From the NCBI GenBank assembly GCA_036381415.1, contig DASVCV010000002.1, positions 20,091 through 84,090 on the forward strand: a DNA stretch of 64,000 nt, given 5' to 3'. The position numbers and the translations under genes were made by a program. Below are positions 18,408 to 27,615 of this stretch, one piece after another; the stretch's first letter is position 1; each line of letters begins with the position of its first letter. Source of the stretch: Patescibacteria group bacterium (GTDB taxonomy: Bacteria; Patescibacteriota; Microgenomatia; UBA8517). Under the pieces are notes generated by a model. The model did no database searches, had not been told where the DNA came from, and was given only the letters and a program-made list of their open reading frames with translations.

Positions 18408-20276
18408 TTAATAAAGATTGTCTGTATCTATATCTATATTATACTCATCTAGGATATATTCATTGTCTGAAGATTCCAAAAGGCTTTCTGGAATATCAAT
18501 TATGAATCTTGAGATTGGGTTTGAAACTCTTTGTCCAAAGAAAAGTCTGTGAGAAGCGTAGGTGAGGAAAAGTACTTCTTTTGCACGGGTAACTCCAACA
18601 TATGCAAGACGCCTTTCCTCTTCAATTTGATTTGAGTCAAAAAGAGACCTTGAGTGAGGAAAGATTCCATCTTCCATTCCTACTAAAAAGACGACAGGGA
18701 ATTCGAGACCTTTGGCGGCATGAAGAGTCATTAGGGTTACTTTATTTGAATTTGATCCATTGGAAGTGTGGAGTGTCCCATCTGAATTTTGTTCTGCTTG
18801 AACAAGAGCTACATTTTCAAGAAACTCTTGAATATTTGGAAATTGGGTGGCAACAGATCTTAATTCTTTAATGTTTTCTAGCCTTTGAATATTTTCTTCA
18901 GTTTCTTTTTTGTAAGAGGAAAGATAGTCAATTGCAGATACAAGAGAGTCCATTATATCTAGGGTTGTGTAGTTTTCTAAGCTTTCCAGTTTAGATTTAA
19001 ATTCCTCAAACTTTGCTTTTCTTCTGACACCAAGTTTGTCTACCCTTTTTTGAGAAACTTTATCTCTTGGATTAACTAGTAGCCTTAAGAAGGAAAGAAC
19101 GTCTTTAATTTCTTTTCTGTCATAGAATTTGACGCCACCAACAAGGACGTAGGGAATTCCTGCATGAAGAAGGGATTCTTCTAAGACACGAGATTGGGCA
19201 TTTGTTCTATACAAGATTGAAAAATCTCGGAGGGAGTAGCCTTGAGTTTTAAGACTTGCAATTTTGTTTACAATGAAAGCTGCTTCGTCAAAACCGCTTT
19301 TGGCTTGGTAGAGTTTTATTTTTTTGCCAGTATCATTTAAGGTCCAGAGCTTAAGGATTGGGTGAGAGGTGTTTTTGGAAATGATTGCATTTGCTGCATC
19401 AAGAATTGTTTGGGTGGAGCGGTAGTTTTGTTCAAGATTTATTACTTTCAAGTTTGGATAGTCTCTTGAAAGATAATTAATGTTTCTATAGTCTGCACCA
19501 CGCCAAGAATAGATTGATTGGGATGCATCTCCTACACAAGTCAGGTTTCCTGTAGAGCCAACTAAAAGTTTGGTCAGATGATACTGGATTTTGTTTGTGT
19601 CTTGCCACTCATCAACTAGTATGTGAGTTAGTTTTTGCTGCCACTTAGTGCGAACTTGGGGTTTTTCTTCTAGAAGTTTGACAGTTTTATTTAGAAGATC
19701 ATCAAAATCAAGGGCATTGATTTCAGTGAGAAGTTTTTCATAGCTTGCAAAAATTTTAAAAACTTTTTCATCAAAATCTGTTTGTGCATTTTCTCCAAAG
19801 GCAAGTGCATTAATCATTTTGTTTTTTGCACTGGAAATTATATTTGCTACAGCAGCTGGGTTGTATGAATCTTCAGAAAGATTAAAATCAGAAAGCACTT
19901 CTTTGATTGCATCTTTTTGGTCTGCATCATCATATATGACAAAGTCGGGTGAAATTCCAATTTCACGTCCATCGATTCTAAGAAGCTTTACACAGAAAGC
20001 ATGGAAGGTGCCTGCAAAACCAGGCATATCACTTGAAAGCTTTGCAATTCTTTCCTTCATCTCGGTGCTTGCTTTGTTTGTAAAAGTCATGAGAAGGATT
20101 TGAGTTGCGGGTACTCCTTGGGAGATAAACCAGGCAGCACGGTGGGTTAAGACTTTTGTTTTACCTGAACCTGCTCCTGCAAGAACCAGAAGCGGACTTT
20201 TAGGGTATGTGACTGCGTCTATCTGAGCTTTATTTAAATCTGCTAAAATATCCATGATGGTAAAGAAAAGAAACAA
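18408..20276 (-). CDS. ATP-dependent DNA helicase PcrA/UvrD family.
   Basis: LLVLAGAGSGKTKVLTHR (Walker A), DEWQDTN, YRSTQ, TLHAAKGLEFPVVFL, VGVTRAKE. The annotated TTG start (20276) is less likely than the in-frame ATG at 20255 (MDILADLNKAQ). Confidence 0.85.
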   Translation of the reverse strand: MFLFFTIMDILADLNKAQIDAVTYPKSPLLVLAGAGSGKTKVLTHRAAWFISQGVPATQILLMTFTNKASTEMKERIAKLSSDMPGFAGTFHAFCVKLLRIDGREIGISPDFVIYDDADQKDAIKEVLSDFNLSEDSYNPAAVANIISSAKNKMINALAFGENAQTDFDEKVFKIFASYEKLLTEINALDFDDLLNKTVKLLEEKPQVRTKWQQKLTHILVDEWQDTNKIQYHLTKLLVGSTGNLTCVGDASQSIYSWRGADYRNINYLSRDYPNLKVINLEQNYRSTQTILDAANAIISKNTSHPILKLWTLNDTGKKIKLYQAKSGFDEAAFIVNKIASLKTQGYSLRDFSILYRTNAQSRVLEESLLHAGIPYVLVGGVKFYDRKEIKDVLSFLRLLVNPRDKVSQKRVDKLGVRRKAKFEEFKSKLESLENYTTLDIMDSLVSAIDYLSSYKKETEENIQRLENIKELRSVATQFPNIQEFLENVALVQAEQNSDGTLHTSNGSNSNKVTLMTLHAAKGLEFPVVFLVGMEDGIFPHSRSLFDSNQIEEERRLAYVGVTRAKEVLFLTYASHRLFFGQRVSNPISRFIIDIPESLLESSDNEYILDEYNIDIDTDNLY

Positions 20277-21450
20277 GGCTAACTATGAGCCCTCCAACGA
20301 TTTTAGCATGAATGAGGAAGGGAATTCAGATGAAAAGTTGGAATATTCTTCAAATAAGATGTTTGGAATAAAAGATAAAAACTTGGCTAAAAGGAAAGTG
20401 TTTTTGTCTAGAGCTAGAAGAAGATTGTTTAAACATGTTTGGGTTGCAAGAGTGTTTTTAATTATTATTGGCATTTGCTTGCTGGCTATTTTAGGATTTT
20501 TTGGAGTTAATGGACTTAAAGGTACTACCTTTGGCCAATATGTGGGAGTTGGTAAGAATTTTATTTTTCCTCCTAGCGGATTAGTTCCTGAAATTGATGG
20601 GAGGATAAATATTTTACTAATGGGCAAAAGCGGGGAAGGTCAGGACTCACCTGATCTTACTGATACTATGATTCTTGTTTCTATTTCCCAGTCAGACCAT
20701 AAGATAAGTTTAATTTCTATTCCCCGTGATATTTGGATACCTGATTTGCAGGCAAAAATAAACAGCAGCTATTACTGGGGAAAACAAAAATCACAAGGAT
20801 CAGCTCTTGCTGGTATTGTTCTTGCTAAATCAACGGTTGAGGAAATAGTGGGAGTGCCAATACAGTATGGTGTTGTTATTAATTTCTCAGGATTTCAAAA
20901 AGTGATTGATGAGATAGGCGGAGTAGATGTAATGGTTGATAGAGGATTTACTGATACGCAATACCCTTTGCCTGGGCATGAGGCAGATAATTGCAATGGA
21001 GACCCTACCCTGGCTTGCAGATATCAGACGGTTACTTTTAAAGCAGGGCTTAATCATATGGATGGGGCAACTGCTTTAAAGTTTGTTAGGTCAAGACATG
21101 CTCCTGGAGATGAAGGAAGTGATTTGGCAAGAGCACAAAGACAGCAAAAGGTAATTAAGGCAATTATGGAGAAAACACTTAGCCCAGCTACTTTTCTTTC
21201 ACCTTCAAAAATAACTTCATTAGTTGCAATTTTAAATAGTTCTGTAGAAACTGACATGGCTGCTGCTAAGGCTGCAGTAGTTGGACGGTATGTTGTTGAT
21301 GCAAGAAACAATATAGTAACTCATGCAGTTCCAGAAGAGCTTTTGGCTGAAGGTCCTAAATCATATTTATATGGATATCAGTTTGTGTTTTTGCCAAAAA
21401 AGGGAGATTGGTCAGATCTACAAAAATGGGTGAAACAAAATCTTCCTTAA
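20254..21450 (+). CDS. LytR-CpsA-Psr (LCP) family cell-wall polymer phosphotransferase.
   Basis: TM anchor, then INILLMGKSGEGQDSPDLTDTMILVSIS...ISLISIPRDIWIP, the LCP core. The start is ambiguous: the ATG at 20254 overlaps the divergent helicase start, and a later Met (about 20359, MFGIKDK) is also plausible. Confidence 0.8.
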   Translation: MMVKKRNKANYEPSNDFSMNEEGNSDEKLEYSSNKMFGIKDKNLAKRKVFLSRARRRLFKHVWVARVFLIIIGICLLAILGFFGVNGLKGTTFGQYVGVGKNFIFPPSGLVPEIDGRINILLMGKSGEGQDSPDLTDTMILVSISQSDHKISLISIPRDIWIPDLQAKINSSYYWGKQKSQGSALAGIVLAKSTVEEIVGVPIQYGVVINFSGFQKVIDEIGGVDVMVDRGFTDTQYPLPGHEADNCNGDPTLACRYQTVTFKAGLNHMDGATALKFVRSRHAPGDEGSDLARAQRQQKVIKAIMEKTLSPATFLSPSKITSLVAILNSSVETDMAAAKAAVVGRYVVDARNNIVTHAVPEELLAEGPKSYLYGYQFVFLPKKGDWSDLQKWVKQNLP

Positions 21451-21452
21451 AT

Positions 21453-22577
21453 TTAGAAAGCCCATTGGCCTTTGACAAAAAGAACGGAGAAATAAAGTAG
21501 AAGACAGGAAAAGATTAATACCAAAGGTATAAACACTATTTTTCTTTTTGAAATTAAAGCAAGAAATATAAACAAGGGAGGGATTGAAAGAAGGTATCTT
21601 GGAGTGCTTAAAAGAAAACTTGTTGAGGTAATAAAAAGGATAGAAAGAATATAATAGACCCAGTCTCTTACTTTTAATTTTTTAATTATGAAAGGAATAA
21701 GAGCAAAACATAGAATGGCAAGTCCCCCTTCAAAAAGACCAAGCATGAGTGAATCATGAGTCAGAGGTATTTTAAGAAATCCTAGACTGTTTTTTATACT
21801 AACCCATGGAAAATCAAGATGTTTGTACCAATGAGTTTCTAGAACTTCTTTAAAAGCAAAGATTTTACCAAACAATAACCAATTAACAGCAAGGTAAGTA
21901 GAAATAGAAATAATGAATGGAATTGTTATCAGAACTGAGAGAAGAATTTTTTTCTTTAAATTAATTTTTTCTAGTAGTAAAGAAACAAAAAGAGTGGGTA
22001 GTGTTATTAAGCCCATTGTTCTTGTTAAAAAGGTCAGTGCTCCCGAAAGAGAGGACTCATACCAATTTTTGTTTTGAGAAAAGAAGAAGCAGGATACTAA
22101 AAGGAAAAAGAATAATGATTCTGTATATCCAATTGAAAAAAAGTATGAAGTCGGAAAAATATTAAGAAGCACAAGAGATTTTAAGGCAGTTTGTTCATCG
22201 TAGTCTTTTTTTACAAGAAGGTAGAATACTAAACTTCCTAGAATGAAGAAGAAATTGGATACTAATAAAGCTGAAGTAAATACGTTTTTAATTAGCAAAT
22301 TAGCAAAGGTTACAATTGCAGGATATAGAGGTGGGAAAACTATGAAGTTTGCTTCATCTCCACTTGTTCCATACCAATGTTGGGTTATATATAAATAGTG
22401 AGGAGTGTCCCATCTGTTCCAGGTAGAGTCCAGAAGGATGGGTTTATGTGTTTGATAGCCAACTATTAAAAGGGGAAGAATAAGAATAACAATTCTTCCT
22501 AATCCTATTAGAAGAGCAATGGAGATAAGTTTATGTTTTTCTGACTGTAGTTTAAGCCTTTGCATTAAATGTCTCAT
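21453..22577 (-). CDS. Polytopic membrane protein, probable GT-C-type glycosyltransferase (DUF2029/GT87-like).
   Basis: 11+ TM helices with a conserved acidic/aromatic first loop (WNRWDTPHYLYI). The fold assignment is inferred. Confidence 0.45.
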   Translation of the reverse strand: MRHLMQRLKLQSEKHKLISIALLIGLGRIVILILPLLIVGYQTHKPILLDSTWNRWDTPHYLYITQHWYGTSGDEANFIVFPPLYPAIVTFANLLIKNVFTSALLVSNFFFILGSLVFYLLVKKDYDEQTALKSLVLLNIFPTSYFFSIGYTESLFFFLLVSCFFFSQNKNWYESSLSGALTFLTRTMGLITLPTLFVSLLLEKINLKKKILLSVLITIPFIISISTYLAVNWLLFGKIFAFKEVLETHWYKHLDFPWVSIKNSLGFLKIPLTHDSLMLGLFEGGLAILCFALIPFIIKKLKVRDWVYYILSILFITSTSFLLSTPRYLLSIPPLFIFLALISKRKIVFIPLVLIFSCLLLYFSVLFVKGQWAF

Positions 22578-25151
22578 GCTTTTATACTAAATTCTATGCT
22601 GGGGAAGAAATTTAAACAACTTATTATTCCCAAGAATCTCATTTTATCAGTTTTATTTGTACTTGGAGTAAGGCTTGCCTTTTCACTTCTTCCTAGTTTT
22701 CAGATAGATATGGGGACTTGGCTTGCATGGGCAGGAAGGCTTCGTGATTTAGGGTTTGATAAATTTTACTCTGACACTGTTTGGACTCAATATACTCCTG
22801 GATATTTGTATTGGCTTTGGGTTATGGGAAAGACAGGTATTATTTCAGAAGTTGCAATTAAACTACCAGTAATACTAGCTGATATTGGAGTGGGAGTAAT
22901 TATTTGGAATCTAGTCAGAAAGGTTGGCAAGAATACTGCACTTGCTGCATTTTTTGCATATACGCTTAATCCTGTTGTGATATTTAACGGATCAGTTTGG
23001 GGACAAATTGATGGGATATTTACTTTGTTTTTATTTTTGGCAGTTTATTTGATTAATGAGAAGAAAAGTGTTGTTTTGGGATGGAGTATGTGGGCAATTG
23101 CATTTTTAATAAAGCCGCAGGCTTTTGCTATTTTGCCTTTTCTAGTTCTAATAACTTTAAAGAAATATACTATTAAACAAATTCTAAAAGCAGGGATAGT
23201 TACCCTTCTTCTAATATTGGCACTTTCTATTCCATTTTTCCCAACCAATCCAATCTTTGGGTTACCAGATCTAATAAATAAAATGAGTCTTTACTATCCT
23301 TATACTTCTGTTTTTGCTTTTAATGTTTGGACTTTGGTTGGAATGTGGAAGGCAGACAGCACTACTTTTTTGGGAATACAGTATTTTTATATTGGAATTG
23401 GGATGTATGCTCTTTCACTGTTGTTTCTTTTTTGGAAATTTAGAAATAAATTGGATGAGCAAAAGATAGTTTATTTAGTTGTTGCACTTTCATGGATTGC
23501 TTTCTTTTTGTTTCCAACAAGAGTTCATGAAAGATATCTTTTCCCAGCATATGCATTTTTAATTACAGGATCAGCTCTTTCTAAATCAAAAGCATTATCT
23601 ATTTTTTATGTAGTACTTTCTTTTTTAAACTTTTTAAATTTATACCATCCATATGCCTACTATGCTCAGAATTATTTGGTTTCCAAATGGTTGCTTGATT
23701 TTACTGGGAGTGCTTCAGTTTCAATTGGAATTGGAACTTTCTTAATCTTTTTGGCAATTTCATTTAGCGAGAGATTTAAATTCTTGGAAAAAATAAATAT
23801 TTTCTCAAAGAAAAATAGACGTACAATAAAAAATGATTCTAAAGCGGGTAGATTAGGGAATATTTTTATGGGAGGTAAGGATTATGTATTGGGAATGAAA
23901 AATTTGGAAGTTAAGAAAGTAAATTTGCCTCATATTAAATTAACTAAAAAACAAATAAATATCCTTTTAGGAGTAGTAATTGCATTTTCTTTTGTAACAC
24001 GAGTATTTATGTTAGCTAATCCACCTCAGGAATATTTTGATGAGGTATATCATGCATTTACTGCAAGGCAAATGCTGCATGGAAATAAAATGGCTTGGGA
24101 GTGGTGGAACACACCCCCTGTTGGGTTTGCATATGAGTGGACACATCCACCTTTAGCTAAAGAAGGAATGGTTTTGGGAATGTTGGTATTTGGAGAAAAT
24201 CCATTTGGATGGAGAATACCTGGAGCACTTTTGGGGGTGGGAAGTGTAATACTTATCTACTTAATTGCCAGAAAACTTTTTGAGGATGATTTGGCAGGAG
24301 TACTTGCAGCAGGAGTATTTAGCTTAGATGGATTACCCCTTGTACTATCTAGGATTGGGATGAATGACAGCTACTTTTTATTTTTTGCGCTGACTTCAAT
24401 TTATTTTTACTTAGATAATAAAAATAGACTATTTAAAAATAGTAATAACTTTTTGGCTGCATTAACATTTGGGTTGTCCCTTGCTTCTAAATGGAGTGCT
24501 TTATGGGCCATTCCTATCTATGTTGCAATACATTTTCTTTTAAAGAGAAAATTAACTATCTCATATCTGTGGTTTTTGGTCTTACCTCCTTTAGTTTATG
24601 TTGCAACCTATATTCCCATGTTTATCAGCGGACATAATTTCTCAATATTTATTGAGATGCAAAAACAGATGTGGTGGTATCACACTAATTTGCGTGCCAC
24701 TCACCCGTACACATCTCCCTGGTGGAGCTGGCCATTTTTAGTCAGGCCAATCTGGCTTTATACAAGCGGAAGATTAGGAGACACTATTTCAAACATCTAT
24801 GCGATGGGGAATCCAGTTGTATTTTGGTTTGGATTAGGGGCAGTTGTTGTAACGGCAGTGAAAGGGTTAATGGAAAGGAGCAAGAAATTAATATTGGTTG
24901 CATTTGCATATTTAATTTTCTTTGTACCTTGGGCACTATCTCCAAGAATAATGTTTTTGTACCACTATCTTCCTTCAATTCCATTTTTGGCAATTGCAAC
25001 TGGGTATGTTTTAAGAAAGCATAAAGAACTCATTGCTCCTGTATTTATTGTAGGACTTGTTACTTTTATTTACTTTTACCCACATTTAATTGCAATGAAA
25101 GTTCCAGTTGTATTTGATTCTTCATACTATTGGTTTGATAGCTGGAGATAA
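22569..25151 (+). CDS. Fused 860-aa membrane glycosyltransferase. N-terminal GT-C/DUF2029-like half, C-terminal PMT (GT39) family protein O-mannosyltransferase-like half.
   Basis: The C-terminal half carries PPQEYFDEVYHAFTARQ (PMT DE motif) and a PMT_2-like distal region. 20+ TM helices overall. Overlaps the divergent GT-C gene start. Confidence 0.65.
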   Translation: MSHAFILNSMLGKKFKQLIIPKNLILSVLFVLGVRLAFSLLPSFQIDMGTWLAWAGRLRDLGFDKFYSDTVWTQYTPGYLYWLWVMGKTGIISEVAIKLPVILADIGVGVIIWNLVRKVGKNTALAAFFAYTLNPVVIFNGSVWGQIDGIFTLFLFLAVYLINEKKSVVLGWSMWAIAFLIKPQAFAILPFLVLITLKKYTIKQILKAGIVTLLLILALSIPFFPTNPIFGLPDLINKMSLYYPYTSVFAFNVWTLVGMWKADSTTFLGIQYFYIGIGMYALSLLFLFWKFRNKLDEQKIVYLVVALSWIAFFLFPTRVHERYLFPAYAFLITGSALSKSKALSIFYVVLSFLNFLNLYHPYAYYAQNYLVSKWLLDFTGSASVSIGIGTFLIFLAISFSERFKFLEKINIFSKKNRRTIKNDSKAGRLGNIFMGGKDYVLGMKNLEVKKVNLPHIKLTKKQINILLGVVIAFSFVTRVFMLANPPQEYFDEVYHAFTARQMLHGNKMAWEWWNTPPVGFAYEWTHPPLAKEGMVLGMLVFGENPFGWRIPGALLGVGSVILIYLIARKLFEDDLAGVLAAGVFSLDGLPLVLSRIGMNDSYFLFFALTSIYFYLDNKNRLFKNSNNFLAALTFGLSLASKWSALWAIPIYVAIHFLLKRKLTISYLWFLVLPPLVYVATYIPMFISGHNFSIFIEMQKQMWWYHTNLRATHPYTSPWWSWPFLVRPIWLYTSGRLGDTISNIYAMGNPVVFWFGLGAVVVTAVKGLMERSKKLILVAFAYLIFFVPWALSPRIMFLYHYLPSIPFLAIATGYVLRKHKELIAPVFIVGLVTFIYFYPHLIAMKVPVVFDSSYYWFDSWR

Positions 25152-25290
25152 TTACTTCTAGAGAGTAAAAGGGAATTAGGGTGGTGGCTTCAACCATTTT
25201 AGTTCTTTTAGTTTGGTAAATACTAAATTTATTGTTCTAGAGGTACAACACAAAATAATTAAGCAAGTCTAAGACTAGTTAATAGAAGTG

Positions 25291-26019
25291 TTAGAGAGCT
25301 AGTATTACTGCTCCTATTAGAAGGACTATACCTCCTGCAATTGCAAGCCAGGTTGGAGTTGATACTCCAGCTTGTGGAAGAGCAGGTGCAGGGGTTGCCA
25401 CTGTTGGTTTTGGTGTTGCAACTACAGTGGGAGTTGGGGTGGCAAGTGCGACAGGCGTAGGTGTTGGAGTTGCGCATACGCAAGTTGTGCTTGTAGTACA
25501 TGATGGGTTTCTACAAACACCTGTAGTTCCAGAAGTTATATAGCAGGTCATTCCAGACTGACAGTTTGCATCAGATCCGCAAGTTCCACCGCATGCATTG
25601 GGTACCCCTGGCGTTGCAGTAGGAGTTGGAGTTGCAGTCGGGGTTGGTGTTGCAGTTCCTGAGGGAGTAGGAGTTGGAGTTGCAGTTGCAGCAGTAATGG
25701 CAAAACTTGTTGTGCAGATACTTGAAGTGGCTGCACATGCACCATTTACGATGTTTTGTCCTGAAGGACAACAATAAACTGTTGAACCATTAGCTGGACT
25801 TATACAAGAAGTAGAGCCTGCAATGCTGGTTGCATTACAATTTAATCCTGCAGCACATTGTTCTGCTGCTCCAGGTTTACTGGTGGGTGCAGTTGGTGCA
25901 ACTGATTCTTGTCTTAACTGATATAGCCTTAAAGCAGTAAATACTGCAATTCCTGCAAGAATTACAGTTGCTCCTAGTATTAATATTGTTACTAAATTTT
26001 TCTTTACAAATGCTTGCAT
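25291..26019 (-). CDS. Cys-rich, Pro/Thr-linker-rich surface protein B2. N-terminal signal-anchor, C-terminal LPQAG sorting signal plus hydrophobic tail.
   Basis: N-terminus MQAFVKKNLVTILILGATVILAGIAVF. 22 Cys, (TPTP)n linkers, an 8-Cys module NACGGTCGSDANCQSGMTCYITSGTTGVCRNPSCTTSTTCVCA. C-terminus LPQAGVSTPTWLAIAGGIVLLIGAVILAL. Confidence 0.6.
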   Translation of the reverse strand: MQAFVKKNLVTILILGATVILAGIAVFTALRLYQLRQESVAPTAPTSKPGAAEQCAAGLNCNATSIAGSTSCISPANGSTVYCCPSGQNIVNGACAATSSICTTSFAITAATATPTPTPSGTATPTPTATPTPTATPGVPNACGGTCGSDANCQSGMTCYITSGTTGVCRNPSCTTSTTCVCATPTPTPVALATPTPTVVATPKPTVATPAPALPQAGVSTPTWLAIAGGIVLLIGAVILAL

Positions 26020-26023
26020 ATTA

Positions 26024-27520
26024 TTAGAACCATTGGTTTAGAACTTGATGATGTAATTGTCCTGAAACTGTGAAATTGGTGATATTTGTTGGTATTGTGT
26101 ATTCTTCATAGAAATCAGCACTGCTTGGACGCTTAGTGGCTACTTCAGGTTGCAAGGTTCCATTAATAGTGAATCTTGCTTTATCAAATACTCCAGAGGT
26201 TGTTGTACCTGTAAGTGTAAAGCGTATTTTATCTCCTGGTTTTAAAGCCGAAAGCTGAGTTGTGGTTAGAGGATTCCAGTTAGTGTCATAAATTTGTATT
26301 CCAGTGCATGTTGCGGTTGGAGTTGGACCACAGGCTTGTTGTACTTCAGCAGCGGTTGGGTTTGCTCCTGATGAGTTAAGAACATATGAGTTTCCTTGGT
26401 CACGAGCAACGCAGTTATTTGTTGTCCATCCAGTAGGAAGTGTGTCTGGGACGCAATATGTGGTGTTGTTTGTCCCTGTTCCTACTGTACAACTTGGTCC
26501 AACTATGTATCTACAAACTGAGCCTGTTTGACAAAGGCCAAGAGATGCACTGCATGGATTTCCACAGGCATTTAGGCTACTGCAGTCGCAGTTTCTTCCA
26601 GGAATGGTTTTTCCAATACAGCTTGCATTTTGACAGATCCCTGCAACGCATGTAACAGTTCCACCATTTCCTGCAGCAGCGCAGTCACTTGTTTGAGTAC
26701 ATGCCTGTCCACAGGTTGGTTTAGGAGTGGGAGTAGGTGCTGATCCACCTGCACAAGTTGAAGGATTCCAAACACATGCTCCTTGGGGATTTCTTTGACA
26801 TTCCGAGCCTCTTTCTCCTACACCTGCTTCAACACAAGAGCAGCTTCCGCAAGCTCCCCATCCTGGCTGGATTGTTGGAGCTGGGGCTGTTGAACTTGTT
26901 GGAGTAGGTGAAGGTGGGACATAACCGCTTGTGCTACATTGTCCAGATGTAGCTGCGGGACAACCAGACTGGCATCCACAAGAGCTGTTTTGGGATACAC
27001 AATTTACAGTTCCGTCAGAATTGTAGAAACAATTATCGCATTTGTTTGCATTGAATTTATCTCCACATCCAGCAAATCCTCCAGGAGTGTTGTTTGATGC
27101 TCCGCCACAGGCGTCAAGTCTAACACAAGGTCCGTAAGTGTTGTTTGCTTGGCATACTACTCCTGTTCCAGCTCCATTACATTCAATACAGGATTGTTCA
27201 CCTGGGTTAACACATGATGCTCCTGGTGCTGCGCCTCCACCAGCTGCCTTCTGTTTAAAAATTTGCTGTTGTTGAACTAGGAGTAGTCCTGCTCCAACTC
27301 CTACTACTAAGAGAACTAGTCCAAGAATGGTTGGAATGAGTGCCCTTCTTCTGGGTGACGGTGGGGCAAAGTCTGTTTGTGGTGGAGTTGTAATGTTAGT
27401 GTCAGCTGGTCCTCCTGCACCTGTTTCAGGAGGAGTTTCTGTTGGAAAAGTTGGATTTGTCCCTGGGTCACTTGGCGCGATTGTGTTGGTGGAATTTTGA
27501 GGGCTGGTATTATCTTGCAT
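26024..27520 (-). CDS. Large Cys-rich surface protein A2. N-terminal Pro/Thr-rich segment plus signal-anchor, about 45 Cys, and a conserved C-terminal beta-rich domain.
   Basis: PRRRALIPTILGLVLLVVGVGAGLLLV anchor. Many CxC / CxxC disulfide-type spacings. The C-terminal IYDTNWNPLTTTQLSALKPGDKIRFTLTGTTTSGVFDKARFTINGT domain is shared with the 28342..30033 ORF. Confidence 0.6.
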   Translation of the reverse strand: MQDNTSPQNSTNTIAPSDPGTNPTFPTETPPETGAGGPADTNITTPPQTDFAPPSPRRRALIPTILGLVLLVVGVGAGLLLVQQQQIFKQKAAGGGAAPGASCVNPGEQSCIECNGAGTGVVCQANNTYGPCVRLDACGGASNNTPGGFAGCGDKFNANKCDNCFYNSDGTVNCVSQNSSCGCQSGCPAATSGQCSTSGYVPPSPTPTSSTAPAPTIQPGWGACGSCSCVEAGVGERGSECQRNPQGACVWNPSTCAGGSAPTPTPKPTCGQACTQTSDCAAAGNGGTVTCVAGICQNASCIGKTIPGRNCDCSSLNACGNPCSASLGLCQTGSVCRYIVGPSCTVGTGTNNTTYCVPDTLPTGWTTNNCVARDQGNSYVLNSSGANPTAAEVQQACGPTPTATCTGIQIYDTNWNPLTTTQLSALKPGDKIRFTLTGTTTSGVFDKARFTINGTLQPEVATKRPSSADFYEEYTIPTNITNFTVSGQLHHQVLNQWF

Positions 27521-27597
27521 TTAATTTTTTATGAATATGAAGCTAGTCATTTCTAGCCCTATACCCATCATAGAAAGAGCTAGAGCTGGTGTCAAGT
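27521..27597 (-). pseudogene. Remnant copy of the 3' end (sorting-signal-encoding tail) of the 30045..31382 gene. It marks the junction of the tandem duplication.
   Basis: Translates to ...LTPALALSMMGIGLEMTSFIFIKN*, cf. ...DLTPTLALSMMGIGLVVTSFILWKKLEI* at the true gene end. About 70 nt of DNA are near-identical to 30069..30130. Confidence 0.55.
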
Positions 27598-27615
27598 AAA
27601 TTGTTTGTAAATTCT

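Larger units (their letters stand above)
25283..27597. repeat. Tandem duplication unit, copy 2 (tail remnant + A2 + B2).
   Basis: Both ends align at DNA level with 27608..30130. The boundaries are near-identical (about 90% over roughly 300 bp at the B-gene 3' region and over the A-gene 5' region), with divergent middles. Confidence 0.6.

Noticed and set aside
25152-25290. Possible bidirectional terminator in the convergent gap between the 860-aa GT gene and B2 (GGTGGTGGCTTCAACCATTTT).
   Set aside because: No convincing stem could be paired by eye (only about 4 bp of complementarity). Left unannotated.
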